Shown in pieces: positions 1 through 10,031 of a stretch of DNA of 64,000 nucleotides (positions are counted from its first letter, which is position 1; each line of letters opens with the position of its first letter). The notes beneath the pieces are model-generated. The model searched no databases and had not been told where the DNA came from. It saw nothing but the letters and a program-made list of their open reading frames with translations. The stretch is from Deltaproteobacteria bacterium. GTDB taxonomy: Bacteria > Myxococcota > Kuafuiibacteriia > Kuafuiibacteriales > Kuafuiibacteriaceae. The DNA lies in the NCBI GenBank assembly GCA_040218735.1, contig JAVJQW010000041.1:352001-416000 (forward strand), written 5' to 3'. A program made the position numbers and the translations under genes.

Positions 1-1837
1 TCAACACGTCCTCGTGACCGGGGAGCTGCTTCTCGATGCGCGGGCCGAGGCCCATGTCCTTGCCGTTGAACATCACGCGCACGTTCGTGCGGTCGTCGCC
101 CGTCACGTTCGCGATCAACTTGCCCGGGAACGCCTCGAGCTCCGGACGGACCGTCTTGCTGTCCGTCGGTTCGCCCATCTCGATCGTCTCCTCGTACGGC
201 TTGTACCCCTCCTTCGACAGGCGGATCCGGTACGTCACCCCATACTGAAGACTGTGCAGGTCACTCGGCGTCTTCGCGTTCTCGCCGTTGGGCAGACGCA
301 TCGGCTTGCCGTCCAAGTAGATCGTCGCGCCCACCGGCACCGACTCCAACGTCAGGCTGCCCGTCTGCTGCGGACCGCGCGTGATCGGCGGCGGCGCCGG
401 CATCGTCTGCGTCTGCGGCGTCAGCTGCTGGTACAGGATGAACGACGCCACCAAGATCACGATCAACGCACCCGCGATCACCACGCGCGCGACCCAACCG
501 CCGCCCTGATCGGGCTGGACCTGCGAGTACGTCCCGGGCGGGTACGGATACTGCCCGGAGTACTGCATCCCCATCTGCGAGGGCGTCGCCCCCGGGTGGT
601 AACCGGGCGGCGTCATCCCCGGGTGCATCATCCCCGACTGGCTCGCCATCCCCGGCGGGATCGAGCCCGAGCCCGTCGCGCCCGGGAAGGGCTGCTGACC
701 CGTCGCCGTCATCGGGCGCATCGCGCTCGGCGACATGCCCTGGACCACCCGCCGGTTGCCCGTCGCGCCGAGCGCGCGGTTGCCGACCGCCTGCTCCGTC
801 GCCTCCTCGTCGCCGAACGACGCCTCGAAGTCGTCGCGCGACGCGATCTCCCGCAGGCGCCGCTTCTCCTCGATCTTGTCCGAGAAGAGCTCGCGCATGT
901 ACGACGCGACGTCCGCGTTCGCCGCCTGGTGCCCCTCGTCGCGGAGGTACTCCTCCAGCGCGATCTGCATCTCCTGGGCGGTCGCGAAGCGCGAGGAGAC
1001 GTCCTTCTCCAGCGCCCGCATGATGATGTCCTCGAGGCCCGACGAGATCCCCGGGGCGACCTGCGAAGGCGGAACGACGCTCCGCTTCGTGATCATCTCC
1101 AGGATCATCAGCTCCGATTCGTGCTTGAAGAGCCGCTTTCCGGTGCACAGCTCGTACAGGAGGATCCCCAGCGCGAAGATGTCGGAGCGCATGTCGACGT
1201 GCGCGCCTAGACACTGCTCGGGGCTCATGTAACTAAACTTGCCCTTGAGCATGCCCGTCTTCGTGGTCTCGCTCTTGGTCGCCGCCTTCGCGATGCCGAA
1301 GTCGACGACCTTCACCTCGCCCTCGTACGTCACGAGGATGTTCTGCGGAGAGATGTCCCGGTGAACGATTTCGAGCGCCTGACCGTCCGAACCCTTGAGA
1401 TGATGCGCGTAGTGCAACGCCTTACAGCCATCCGCGATGACCCGCGCCGCGAACGACGGCGGGAACGGCTTGCCGCGCTTCATGCCGCGCCAGGCGATCG
1501 CCGCGAGGTTCTCGCCGGCGATGAACTCCATCGCGATGTAGTAGGAGTCGCCTTCCCGACCGAGGTCGTAGATCTGGACGACGTTCGGGTGGTTGAGCTG
1601 GGCCGACGTCCTCGCCTCGTCGAGGAACATCTTCACGAAGGTGTCCTGCTCCGAGAGGTGGCTCAGGATCTTCTTGATGACGACGAAGCGGTTGAAGCCC
1701 GCGAGCCCGCGCTGACGCGCAAGCCAGATCTCCGCCATACCACCGGTCGCCAGCTTCTTGACCAGGGTGTAGCGGCCGAACCGACGCACCGGCCCGATCG
1801 CCGGGCCGCCTCGGGGATCTTGACGAGGACTGACCAA
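1..1837 (-). CDS. Membrane Ser/Thr protein kinase with C-terminal PEGA-like region (3' end runs off the left edge)
   Basis: Manual translation, absent from the ORF track because there is no stop in the window: GRYTLVKKLATGGMAEIWLA, VVIKKIL, HRDISPQN, DFG, GKFSYMSPEQ, then Pro/Gly/Met-rich linker, TM helix (VVIAGALIVILVASFILY) and LESVPVGATIYLDGK PEGA-like motif. TTG start at 1837 is inferred. Confidence 0.92.
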   Translation of the reverse strand, partial: MVSPRQDPRGGPAIGPVRRFGRYTLVKKLATGGMAEIWLARQRGLAGFNRFVVIKKILSHLSEQDTFVKMFLDEARTSAQLNHPNVVQIYDLGREGDSYYIAMEFIAGENLAAIAWRGMKRGKPFPPSFAARVIADGCKALHYAHHLKGSDGQALEIVHRDISPQNILVTYEGEVKVVDFGIAKAATKSETTKTGMLKGKFSYMSPEQCLGAHVDMRSDIFALGILLYELCTGKRLFKHESELMILEMITKRSVVPPSQVAPGISSGLEDIIMRALEKDVSSRFATAQEMQIALEEYLRDEGHQAANADVASYMRELFSDKIEEKRRLREIASRDDFEASFGDEEATEQAVGNRALGATGNRRVVQGMSPSAMRPMTATGQQPFPGATGSGSIPPGMASQSGMMHPGMTPPGYHPGATPSQMGMQYSGQYPYPPGTYSQVQPDQGGGWVARVVIAGALIVILVASFILYQQLTPQTQTMPAPPPITRGPQQTGSLTLESVPVGATIYLDGKPMRLPNGENAKTPSDLHSLQYGVTYRIRLSKEGYKPYEETIEMGEPTDSKTVRPELEAFPGKLIANVTGDDRTNVRVMFNGKDMGLGPRIEKQLPGHEDVL

Positions 1838-1852
1838 CGCTGTTGGTCGAAC

Positions 1853-3148
1853 ATGCTAGCACAGGATTTTCGACGCCTGGCGACCCCCGAACGCGCGAAA
1901 TCGGTCGCGATCCTCGCCGCGCTCGGCCTCGTCCTGATGCCCGCGCTCGCCGACGCCAAGCCGAAGTACCCGGGCGATTTCACCTCCGACGCCAAGCTCG
2001 CCGCGCTCGAAAAGAAGGTCGGCGCGAAGGTCGTCCCCATCGAACGTCCCGAAGCGCTCGCCGGCACCAAGGCGAAGCTCGCCAAGGCTGCCTCGGGGCA
2101 GGGGCAGGTCCGCATCCTCCACCTCGGCGACTCCCATATCGCCTCCGACTACATCACCGGACGCATCCGCCATCGCCTCCAGAAGGCCTTCGGCGACGGC
2201 GGCCGCGGCTTCACCCACGTCGCGCAGCTGTGGGGCTACGGCGGCCGCCGCCTCACGAAGGCGAAGGGCTGGGCTTCGGATCGGATCGTGGACAAGGACC
2301 GCGCCGGACGCCCGTTCGGGTTCTCGGGGATGAGCCTCGAGTCCACGAAGAAGGGCGCCAAGCTGAAGTACCGCATCGAGTCCGACGAGACCGAGGTGCG
2401 CGTCTACTACTACCAGCAGCCCGGCGGCGGATCGCTCGCCGCCTCGGTCGGTGGCAAGGCGCTCGGGTCCGTGAGCACCGCGGGGGAGATCGCCTCCAAG
2501 GTCTGGACGATCGACCTGAGCGGCGCGCCGGCCAAGACCGTGAAGATGAAGGGCCCCGCGGGGGGACGAATCCTGGAGCTGGTCGCCGAAGCGCCGAAGG
2601 CTCGGGTCTTCGGGCTGTCGTTCGAGACCAAGAAGCCGGGCGTCGTCTACGAGTCGATCGGGCCGGTGGGCGCCGACGCGAAGGTCTACCTCGAGCTCGG
2701 GCGCGACAGCTTCGAGCAGCACCTGTCCGCGCACGCACCCGACGTCGTGGTCCTGATGGTCGGCGGCAACGACGCCCTCAAGATCCGCAAGAAGTGGACG
2801 GATCCGGCGCGCGTCGAGAAGGACCACCAGCAGCTGATCGACCTGCTGAAGAAGATCGTGCCCGGCGTTCAGATCATCCTCTGGGCCCCGATGGACGCCG
2901 GCGACAAGAAGGGCAAGAAGGTCGTCAGCAAGGGCTTTCTGACCGAGGTCCGCGCCATGCAGAAGCGCGTCGCGGGCGAAAAGCAGATCGCCTACTGGGA
3001 CACCCTCGACGCGATGGGCGGCCCCGGCGCCATCACGCGGTGGCACGCCGCGAAGGTCATGAACAAGGACCTCGTGCACCCGAAGAAGCGGGCCGCGGAC
3101 CTCCTCGGCGAGCTGTTCGCGGACGCTTTCACGCGTGCGATGAAGTGA
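1853..3148 (+). CDS. Exported SGNH/GDSL hydrolase (polysaccharide or peptidoglycan O-acetyl esterase/transferase-like)
   Basis: Signal peptide (AILAALGLVLMPALADA); LGDSH, GGNDA and DLVHP SGNH blocks; start moved to ATG 1853. Confidence 0.8.
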   Translation: MLAQDFRRLATPERAKSVAILAALGLVLMPALADAKPKYPGDFTSDAKLAALEKKVGAKVVPIERPEALAGTKAKLAKAASGQGQVRILHLGDSHIASDYITGRIRHRLQKAFGDGGRGFTHVAQLWGYGGRRLTKAKGWASDRIVDKDRAGRPFGFSGMSLESTKKGAKLKYRIESDETEVRVYYYQQPGGGSLAASVGGKALGSVSTAGEIASKVWTIDLSGAPAKTVKMKGPAGGRILELVAEAPKARVFGLSFETKKPGVVYESIGPVGADAKVYLELGRDSFEQHLSAHAPDVVVLMVGGNDALKIRKKWTDPARVEKDHQQLIDLLKKIVPGVQIILWAPMDAGDKKGKKVVSKGFLTEVRAMQKRVAGEKQIAYWDTLDAMGGPGAITRWHAAKVMNKDLVHPKKRAADLLGELFADAFTRAMK

Positions 3149-3233
3149 CGCCCGAGTGAGGTGAATCCCGGCGGCAGGTAGGTCAGATTTGCGTTTACAC
3201 CCCTGCGACCGGCTGCCAGGATGCGCGCCGAAA

Positions 3234-3611
3234 ATGACCCGCACACGCACGTTCCTGGCCTCTCTCCTGCTCCTCGGCGGCGCACTGGCCTGCGGAGGCA
3301 CCACCCTGGAGGGCGTCGAGGACCTGCCCCGTACCAACTACCCCCGCGGCGTACCGTTCCGTATGACGGTCATGATGACCGCGTGCTCGGACGCCTGCTC
3401 GGAGTACGAGGAAGCGGATTGCAGCGTCGACGTGAATGAAGACGACAAGGAAATCTCGGTGAGCGCCTCGGTCTGCTTCGACCGGGTGATGGACGAGTGC
3501 CCCGAGATCTGTGGGCCGCGCATCAACGCCCACTGCGACATCCCGCCCCTCGACGGCGGCACCTACACTGTCACATCGGACAACTTCACTGCGACGATCG
3601 CCGTCGAGTGA
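3234..3611 (+). CDS. Small Cys-rich lipoprotein, unknown function
   Basis: Lipobox LLLLGGALAC; seven further Cys; TTTACA-N17-CAGGAT promoter-like sequence just upstream. Confidence 0.7.
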   Translation: MTRTRTFLASLLLLGGALACGGTTLEGVEDLPRTNYPRGVPFRMTVMMTACSDACSEYEEADCSVDVNEDDKEISVSASVCFDRVMDECPEICGPRINAHCDIPPLDGGTYTVTSDNFTATIAVE

Positions 3612-3644
3612 ACCTGCGCGCGTTCCTGCTAACCTAGCGCTCGA

Positions 3645-6600
3645 ATGCCCGCACCCGGCGGCGAGCTTGGTTCCGAGCGCCGCGTCGTCCGCGCCAACGC
3701 CGACGGCGGTATCTCGATCGTCCGGCGCTTTCGCGTCGGCGCGGACGCCGCAGATCGCGTCGAACGCCTCGAGTTCGTCGCCGCCCAACACCTCGTCGGC
3801 TTCGTGCCGATCGACAGCGTCGAGCTGAAGGGCGACCACCTGGAGGTCGTCGAGCGCGGCGTCCCCGGCTTCACGATCGCCGAGGCGCTCGTGCACGTGC
3901 AGGAGCACGTGACGGTCGCCGTCGCGCTGGCGCTCGTGCGCGACATCGCCCGCGCGCTCCTCACCTTGCACGCCCTCGGCGCCTCGGTGCGCTACGTCCA
4001 CGGTGACCTCGGTGCGCACACCATCCGCATCACGCCGCGCGGAGAGATTCGTGTCTCGGGGTTGGTCGGTGCGACCGGGGATCCGGCCGACGACGTCGCG
4101 GACCTGATGCAGCTGATGCGGATCGTCCTCGAGGGTCGTGCGCGCACGAAGGAGGGGGCGCTCCTCCTGGACCGACTCACCGCGCTGACCTTCACGAACG
4201 GGCACGACCTCGCGCACTCGATCGACGTGTACCTCGCGCGGCAGGACGCGGACTCCGTCGCGCGCAAGCGCCAGCGCTTCGCGACCGACATGCTCGCGCG
4301 CCTCTCCGAGGCGACGGGTGAACGCTTCGTCCCGCCCGGCGATCGCCAGGCGTCCGACACCCAGTGGGGCGCGCTGGGGCCGGAGATCGATTACTCGCGC
4401 TTCGACGACGACGAGTCGCTGCCGACGATGGGGGAGGCCGACCTCGCCGATCTCGAGGACGCGGAGTCGACGTCCACCGCGGTGGACGAGATCCCGGATC
4501 TGTCCGCGCCGCTGATGGAGACCGTCGAGGCCGCGCCGCTGCAGATCGATTTGAATCGCTCGCGCGCCGACTCGCTCGGGCGTGCGCTCGTCCCGCCGAG
4601 CGTCCTCGAAGAGATCGACGTCCCCACGAGTGAGCACGAGATCGACGAAGCGGTGCGCGTCGGGCTCCTCGGTCGTGCGTCGACCTCGCAGCTTCCGTCG
4701 GCGCCGCGGGTCGGCGACTACCAAGTGCTCGCGTCCATCGGGCGTGGCGGGATGGGAGAGATCTATCTCGCGCGCGGCAAGGGCGTGAAGGATCTGGTGG
4801 CGTTGAAGGTCCTGTCCGCCGCCGACGAGGACGACGAAGAAGCGCTCGACATGCTGCTCGACGAAGCGGCGATCATGGCGCGCATCCGTCACCCGAACGT
4901 GTTGCGCGTCGTCGACTTCGGGCGCGCGCAGGGCCGCTACTACCTCGCGACGGAGTACCTCGAGGGGCGCCCGCTCGTGCGGGTGATGATCGACGCGTAC
5001 AACCGGGAGAACAACCTCGACGACGCGGTGATCGCCGCGGTCGGCGCCGACGTCGCGAACGGATTGTTCGCCGCGCACACCGCGACCAACGAACAGGGCG
5101 AGCCGCTCGAGGTCGTGCACCGCGACGTCAGCCCGCAGAACATCTTCGTCACCTATCGCGGCGTCTCGAAGGTGATCGACTTCGGCGTCGCGAAGGCGAC
5201 GGAGCGGGTGTCGAAGACCGAGGTCGGCTTCGTGAAGGGCAAGGCGGCGTACATGTCGCCGGAGCAGGCGGAGGGGCGGTCGCTCGATGCGAAGAGCGAC
5301 GTGTTCTCGCTCGGCGTGTGTCTGTGGGAGATGCGCGCGGGGCAGCGTCTGTTCAAGCGCGACAACGAGTACGACACGCTGCTCGCCGTTCAGTCGGCGA
5401 CGATCCCGCCGCCGTCGTCGATGCGCGGGAAGCCGAACCCCGTCCTCGACCACATCATCCTCGGCGCGCTCGAGCGCAACCTCGACAAACGCACCGCGAG
5501 CGCGCAGCAGCTCGCGCGGCAGCTGATCGACTACGCGACGGGCGTGGGCGTCACGCATCGTTCGCAGGTGGTATCGGGGCTGCTCGAGCGGCTGTTCGGA
5601 TCCGTCGCGGCGCAGGAGCGCGCGCTGATCGTGCAGCTCGAAGAGGGCGGCGCGTCGCGCGAGGACGCGCAGGCGCTCGAGGCGCTCTCCGGCGTCTCGC
5701 ACCGGACGAACGTCAAACGCATCACGATGGTCGCGGAGCCGGAGAGCCTCTCGGAGCTCGACGACTTCGGCACCGAGCGCCCCGACGGCGAGAACACCGG
5801 CGAGCACGTGATGGAGCGTGTGCATCGCATCCAACTGGAACGGAGCGGCTCGCGCGAAGCGGCCGAGACCGATCCGCCGGACGAGCTCGATGAGCTCGAT
5901 GAGCTGGACGACTTCGAGGCGCTCGAGAGCGCGTCGCCCGAAGGCGACACCCGCGACAACGTCGCGATCTATCGGCAGGAGACACCGACCGAAGAACGCG
6001 GACGGCTCGACGCGGGGCCGACGCGTCGCCTCGACAGCGACATCTTCAACGGCCTCGGCCTGGAGGAGGCGTCGGGTGACTTCGTGCCCCTCGGCGGCGA
6101 CGAGGGCCCGACCTTCGACGGCGCCGATCGTGTCCCGGCCGTCGCCGCGGGGGCGAAGCCGCCGAAGCGAAGGAAGACGATCGTCTGGGCGCTGCTGTCG
6201 CTGTTGCTCATCCCGCTCTTCGCGCTCGTAGGGTGGGCCGGCGTTCGGTACTGGCCTCAGCTGCGCGACGGGGATCTCATGGGCGGCGACTTCGACCCGC
6301 TGGCGGGACGGACCGCGCCCGAGCCCCTGCGCGCCGCGACCGCGACCGTGACGACGAGCTCCGCGGCCGAGACCACGGAGCTCGCGCGCGTGGAGGCGTT
6401 CGAGGCGAGGGACGAGGCGCCGAGTGCGCCGGGTGGGGACGCGGATTCGGAGACGGGGGCGGAAACGGTCACGGACTCGGATCCGGACCCGGACACGGAT
6501 TCGGACGCGGACTCGGATTCGGACGCGGACTCGGATTCGGACGCGGACTCGGATTCGGACGCGGACTCGGATTCGGACTCGGATTCGGACTCGGATTCGG

Positions 6601-7439
6601 ACTCGGACTCGGACACGGACACGGATTCGGACTCGGCCTCGGCTTCGGACACGGATTCGGCTTCGGAGACGGACTCGGATTCGGGCTCGGGCTTGGGCTC
6701 GGGCTCGGGCTCGGACACGGACTCGGCAGCGGCATCGCGGACGAAGGCGCCCCCGCCCGCGAAGGCACCCCTGCCCGCGAAGGCGCCTCCGCCATCGAAG
6801 GCACCCCCGCCCCCCAAGCCCAAGCCCTCCTCGATCGCCGGGATCGTCGCGTCCCTCGAGTCGAAGGGGATCGGCGTCACCGCGTCCGAGGGCACCTACC
6901 TCGCGGACGACGGCGCCGGTGGTTCGCTCGCGTTCGACGAGCGGGCGCGCGTGCGGCGGGTGCAGACCCCCGACGCCGAGGGGTTCGTGGTGCAGGCGCG
7001 CTCGAAGGCGCTCACCAGCGTCGGGTGGATCGGGCGCAGCGGTGGCGACCCGTGGCAGGTGCGCGGGTTGTCGGTGAACGACTGCCCCGCGAAGATCCAG
7101 ATCGAGTCGCGCCAGATCGCACTTCGGTACGGCGGCCAAGAGGTGCGCCTCCCGTTGGGCGGTGGTCTGCTCACGGACGTCGAGCTCGCCGTTCCGGATC
7201 GCGCGACGCGGTTGGAGGTGGATCCGCTCGGGCTTTCGTTCGGGGAGCGCGATGCGACGTCGGGGGCGACGCACTGCCGGACGGGCTGGTGGGGCCGTCG
7301 CGTGGTCCTGCGGCGTCTCCCGGTCGGGCGGTACACACTTCGGTGGATAGGGGAGGGGGTCGCGCAGACCGCGACGCTCGACGTCAGCAACGACGGGCTC
7401 ACCGGCGGCAAGCTGGTCCGCCGGACGGGGCGGCCGTAA
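3645..7439 (+). CDS. Receptor-like Ser/Thr kinase: degenerate N-terminal kinase-like domain, intact kinase, TM, Ser-Asp repeat and Pro-rich stalk, C-terminal extracytoplasmic domain
   Basis: [31 protein letters not shown]; N-terminal [21 protein letters not shown] resembles a decayed catalytic loop; [21 protein letters not shown]. Confidence 0.9.
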   Translation: MPAPGGELGSERRVVRANADGGISIVRRFRVGADAADRVERLEFVAAQHLVGFVPIDSVELKGDHLEVVERGVPGFTIAEALVHVQEHVTVAVALALVRDIARALLTLHALGASVRYVHGDLGAHTIRITPRGEIRVSGLVGATGDPADDVADLMQLMRIVLEGRARTKEGALLLDRLTALTFTNGHDLAHSIDVYLARQDADSVARKRQRFATDMLARLSEATGERFVPPGDRQASDTQWGALGPEIDYSRFDDDESLPTMGEADLADLEDAESTSTAVDEIPDLSAPLMETVEAAPLQIDLNRSRADSLGRALVPPSVLEEIDVPTSEHEIDEAVRVGLLGRASTSQLPSAPRVGDYQVLASIGRGGMGEIYLARGKGVKDLVALKVLSAADEDDEEALDMLLDEAAIMARIRHPNVLRVVDFGRAQGRYYLATEYLEGRPLVRVMIDAYNRENNLDDAVIAAVGADVANGLFAAHTATNEQGEPLEVVHRDVSPQNIFVTYRGVSKVIDFGVAKATERVSKTEVGFVKGKAAYMSPEQAEGRSLDAKSDVFSLGVCLWEMRAGQRLFKRDNEYDTLLAVQSATIPPPSSMRGKPNPVLDHIILGALERNLDKRTASAQQLARQLIDYATGVGVTHRSQVVSGLLERLFGSVAAQERALIVQLEEGGASREDAQALEALSGVSHRTNVKRITMVAEPESLSELDDFGTERPDGENTGEHVMERVHRIQLERSGSREAAETDPPDELDELDELDDFEALESASPEGDTRDNVAIYRQETPTEERGRLDAGPTRRLDSDIFNGLGLEEASGDFVPLGGDEGPTFDGADRVPAVAAGAKPPKRRKTIVWALLSLLLIPLFALVGWAGVRYWPQLRDGDLMGGDFDPLAGRTAPEPLRAATATVTTSSAAETTELARVEAFEARDEAPSAPGGDADSETGAETVTDSDPDPDTDSDADSDSDADSDSDADSDSDADSDSDSDSDSDSDSDSDTDTDSDSASASDTDSASETDSDSGSGLGSGSGSDTDSAAASRTKAPPPAKAPLPAKAPPPSKAPPPPKPKPSSIAGIVASLESKGIGVTASEGTYLADDGAGGSLAFDERARVRRVQTPDAEGFVVQARSKALTSVGWIGRSGGDPWQVRGLSVNDCPAKIQIESRQIALRYGGQEVRLPLGGGLLTDVELAVPDRATRLEVDPLGLSFGERDATSGATHCRTGWWGRRVVLRRLPVGRYTLRWIGEGVAQTATLDVSNDGLTGGKLVRRTGRP
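6442..6726 (+). repeat. Ser-Asp (SD/AD/TD) coding tandem repeat with 6, 12 and 18 bp units
   Basis: GGATTCGGACGCGGACTC repeated about four times, followed by GGACTC/GGATTC hexamers; encodes [16 protein letters not shown]... Confidence 0.95.
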
Positions 7440-7511
7440 CCCTGATCGATCGCGGTGTGTCCTGGATCGTTGTGGCCCGAGGCGCCTGGGGCGTAACTTG
7501 GTCCGCGTCCC

Positions 7512-8546
7512 ATGTCGCTCACGCGCATCTTTCGACGGCGGGCCGACTTGCTCGGGCCGGGCCAGAATCAGCAAACCGCCGTCGTCGAGAACCCGATGCT
7601 CGCGTCGTCGGCGGCGCCGCCGAAGCTCGACGCCGAGAAGCTCTTCGTCGATCGCTACCCGGTGATCCGCCGCGCGCTCGAAGCGCACCGTGAGCTCGGC
7701 GTCCTGCTCTTCGCGTTCGACGAAGGCGCGTCCGCGATCGGTCACGTGTGGCTGCGCGCCTCACTCGACAAGACGCGCGCGACCGTCGTCGGACGCCACA
7801 CCATGTGCGGACTCGTGATGCCACGAGACCGCACCGAGATCGCGCTGCGCCACGTGATGTTCTTGGTCCGCGCGACGTCGCACTCCGAGGTTCGCGTGCG
7901 CGCGATCGACCTGCACACCAAGACCGCGTTCGGCGACGAAGAGGGCCGCGTCCTCCAGTCGGTGATGACCGAGGGGCCGATGTTCCTCTCCGTCGGCGGC
8001 GTGCGCCTCGTCGTGCTCCCCACCGAGGGCGAGCTCCCGATCCCCACGTCGGGTGAAGAAGCCTACGGCTGCCTCCCGGACCGCGTCTTCTTCGACGAAC
8101 GACACGGCACCGCGGGCAACGTCGAGCGCCACGCCGACGCGCCGCTCTCCGGCATCGAAGGCGGCGCGACCCTCGTGCGCTCCAAACAGGGTCCGCTCGC
8201 CGCGGCCGGTGAGCTATGCAAGGCCGACGAGGCGCCGCGCGCTTCGATCACCGTGCGCGCGTTCGCCGGCCCCGTGCGCCGTGAGCTCGGGGACACCGCG
8301 CTCGACTGCGGCGTGTTGTTCGGGCGCTACCAGCGCTGCGACGTCGGCCCCACGCTCGACGAGGACAGCCGCCTGTCGCGCGTCCACCTGATGATGATCC
8401 GCGACGGCGACGACATCGTCGCCATCGACACGAGCAGCACCAACGGCACCTTCGTCGACGGGCGCTCGGTGTCCGTGCTGCCCCTCGAAGACGGCTACGT
8501 CCTCGACCTCGCCGGCGAGCTCGAAGTCGCCTGGCACCACTCATGA
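7512..8546 (+). CDS. FHA-domain protein (probably two FHA-like domains)
   Basis: C-terminal FGRYQRCD...LSRVH...DTSSTNGTFVDG FHA signature; N-terminal VGRHTMC...IALRH looks like a second degenerate FHA. Confidence 0.8.
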   Translation: MSLTRIFRRRADLLGPGQNQQTAVVENPMLASSAAPPKLDAEKLFVDRYPVIRRALEAHRELGVLLFAFDEGASAIGHVWLRASLDKTRATVVGRHTMCGLVMPRDRTEIALRHVMFLVRATSHSEVRVRAIDLHTKTAFGDEEGRVLQSVMTEGPMFLSVGGVRLVVLPTEGELPIPTSGEEAYGCLPDRVFFDERHGTAGNVERHADAPLSGIEGGATLVRSKQGPLAAAGELCKADEAPRASITVRAFAGPVRRELGDTALDCGVLFGRYQRCDVGPTLDEDSRLSRVHLMMIRDGDDIVAIDTSSTNGTFVDGRSVSVLPLEDGYVLDLAGELEVAWHHS

Positions 8547-10003
8547 GCCGCGCGGGGCGCGTTCGTCATCGGCTCGAGGCACCGCGCTGGCCATCCGAAG
8601 CGGAGGCGCGTTTGTCGCGGCTCTTCTCGCCGATCGACGTCGGCCCGGTGCACCTCACTTCGCGCACGTGGGTGCCCGCGATGGTGCCGTGGCGCGCGCA
8701 GGAGTCGGGCGAGGTCACCGAGGCGCTGCTCGAATGGTACGGCCGGTTCGCGGAGGGGCGCCCCGGCGCGATCGTCGTGGAGGCGACGGGCATCCGCGAC
8801 ATCCCGAGCGGGCCGCTGCTTCGTATCGGTGACGACCGGTTCGTCGATGGGTTGTCGCGCCTCGTCCAGACGGTGCGCGAGCGCAGCGGTGGCGCCACGC
8901 GGCTGTTCATCCAGCTGATCGACTTCCTCAGCGTCAAGCGGCGACCGCCGGCCGAGAAGTTCTTTCGCCGGTTCCTCCGGATCGACGCGCGTCACCGCGA
9001 ACGGCTCGAAGCGATCGACGAACGTGATTGGGGCGACGCGACCGACGAAGAGGTCCGCGAGCGCCTCCTCACCGACGAAGCGATCTGGCCGCATGTGCTC
9101 TCACCGCGTGAGTTCGAAGACCTGACCTACGGCTACCGCGAGCGCGTCACGGACATGCACCTGCCGCACGTCCGCGCGCTGCCTCAGACGTTGCCGCCGC
9201 TGTTCGCCGCCGCCGCCGCGCGCGCCGAGCGCGCCGGGTTCGACGGCGTGGAGCTGCACTTCGCGCACGCGTACACGATGTCGTCGTTCCTCTCCCGCAC
9301 CAACGATCGCGACGACGGCTACGGCGGCTCGCGCGAAGCGCGGGTCAGGCTCCCGCTCGAGGTCTACGCGGCGACGCGCGCTGCGCTCTCGGAGCGCGTC
9401 GCGTTGGGGTGTCGTTTCCTGAGCGACGAGGTCATCGCCGGCGGCAGCCGCGTCGAGGACGCGATGTACTACGGCGCGCGGTTCGCGCAGGCCGGGATGG
9501 ACTTCCTCTCCCTGTCCAAGGGCGGCAAGTTCGACGACGCGAAGGTCCCCCGTGTCGGGCAGGCCGTCTATCCGTACACCGGGCCGAGCGGGCACGAGTG
9601 CATGCCGACGATCTATTCAGACGAACGCGGCCCCCTCGGACGTCACCTCCCGCTGACGAAGCAGATCCGCGCCGCGGTCCGTGACGCCGGGTGTTCGACC
9701 CCCGTCGTCGCGGCCGGCGCGCTCAACACGTTCGACCTCGCCGAGGGCGCGCTCGCGGACGGCGCCTGCGACATCGTCGCGGCGGCGCGCCAATCCCTCG
9801 CGGACCCCGACTGGTGGGAGAAGATGCGAACGGGGCAGGGCGACGCGGTTCGCACCTGCGCGCTCACCAACTACTGCGAGGGCCTCGACCAGCAGCACAA
9901 ACAGGTGACGTGCCGCCTCTGGGACCGCGACTTCTCCGCGGGCGACGATCCGATGCGCTCCACCGACGGCAAACGCCGCCTCGTGGCGCCGCCCTGGCGG
10001 TAG
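8543..10003 (+). CDS. NADH:flavin oxidoreductase, old yellow enzyme family, with Cys-rich (possible Fe-S) tail
   Basis: LFSPIDVG, AGFDGVELHFAHAY, TNDRDDGYGGS.E.R.R, ARQSLADPDW, CALTNYC...VTC; ATGA overlap with the FHA gene. Confidence 0.85.
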   Translation: MSRAGRVRHRLEAPRWPSEAEARLSRLFSPIDVGPVHLTSRTWVPAMVPWRAQESGEVTEALLEWYGRFAEGRPGAIVVEATGIRDIPSGPLLRIGDDRFVDGLSRLVQTVRERSGGATRLFIQLIDFLSVKRRPPAEKFFRRFLRIDARHRERLEAIDERDWGDATDEEVRERLLTDEAIWPHVLSPREFEDLTYGYRERVTDMHLPHVRALPQTLPPLFAAAAARAERAGFDGVELHFAHAYTMSSFLSRTNDRDDGYGGSREARVRLPLEVYAATRAALSERVALGCRFLSDEVIAGGSRVEDAMYYGARFAQAGMDFLSLSKGGKFDDAKVPRVGQAVYPYTGPSGHECMPTIYSDERGPLGRHLPLTKQIRAAVRDAGCSTPVVAAGALNTFDLAEGALADGACDIVAAARQSLADPDWWEKMRTGQGDAVRTCALTNYCEGLDQQHKQVTCRLWDRDFSAGDDPMRSTDGKRRLVAPPWR

Positions 10004-10031
10004 ACGCCGTGCCGCCCTAAGCTCGCGGCCG

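Noticed and set aside
261-1862. Apparent fragmented or frameshifted kinase, since the ORF track shows only 261-1214 and 1422-1862
   Set aside because: The real kinase frame is continuous from 1837 to the window edge. It is missing from the track only because its stop lies outside the window.
6442-6726. Possible CRISPR array or non-coding satellite
   Set aside because: Short tandem units with no unique spacers, in frame within the kinase, and no cas genes in the window.
3195-7745. 1516-aa antisense ORF, and similar long shadow ORFs (14-1210, 13728-16211, 20504-22447, 40865-43990, 44392-46389)
   Set aside because: Arg/Val/Leu-rich, motif-free mirror frames of real genes. Stop codons are scarce on the antisense strand of high-GC3 genes.
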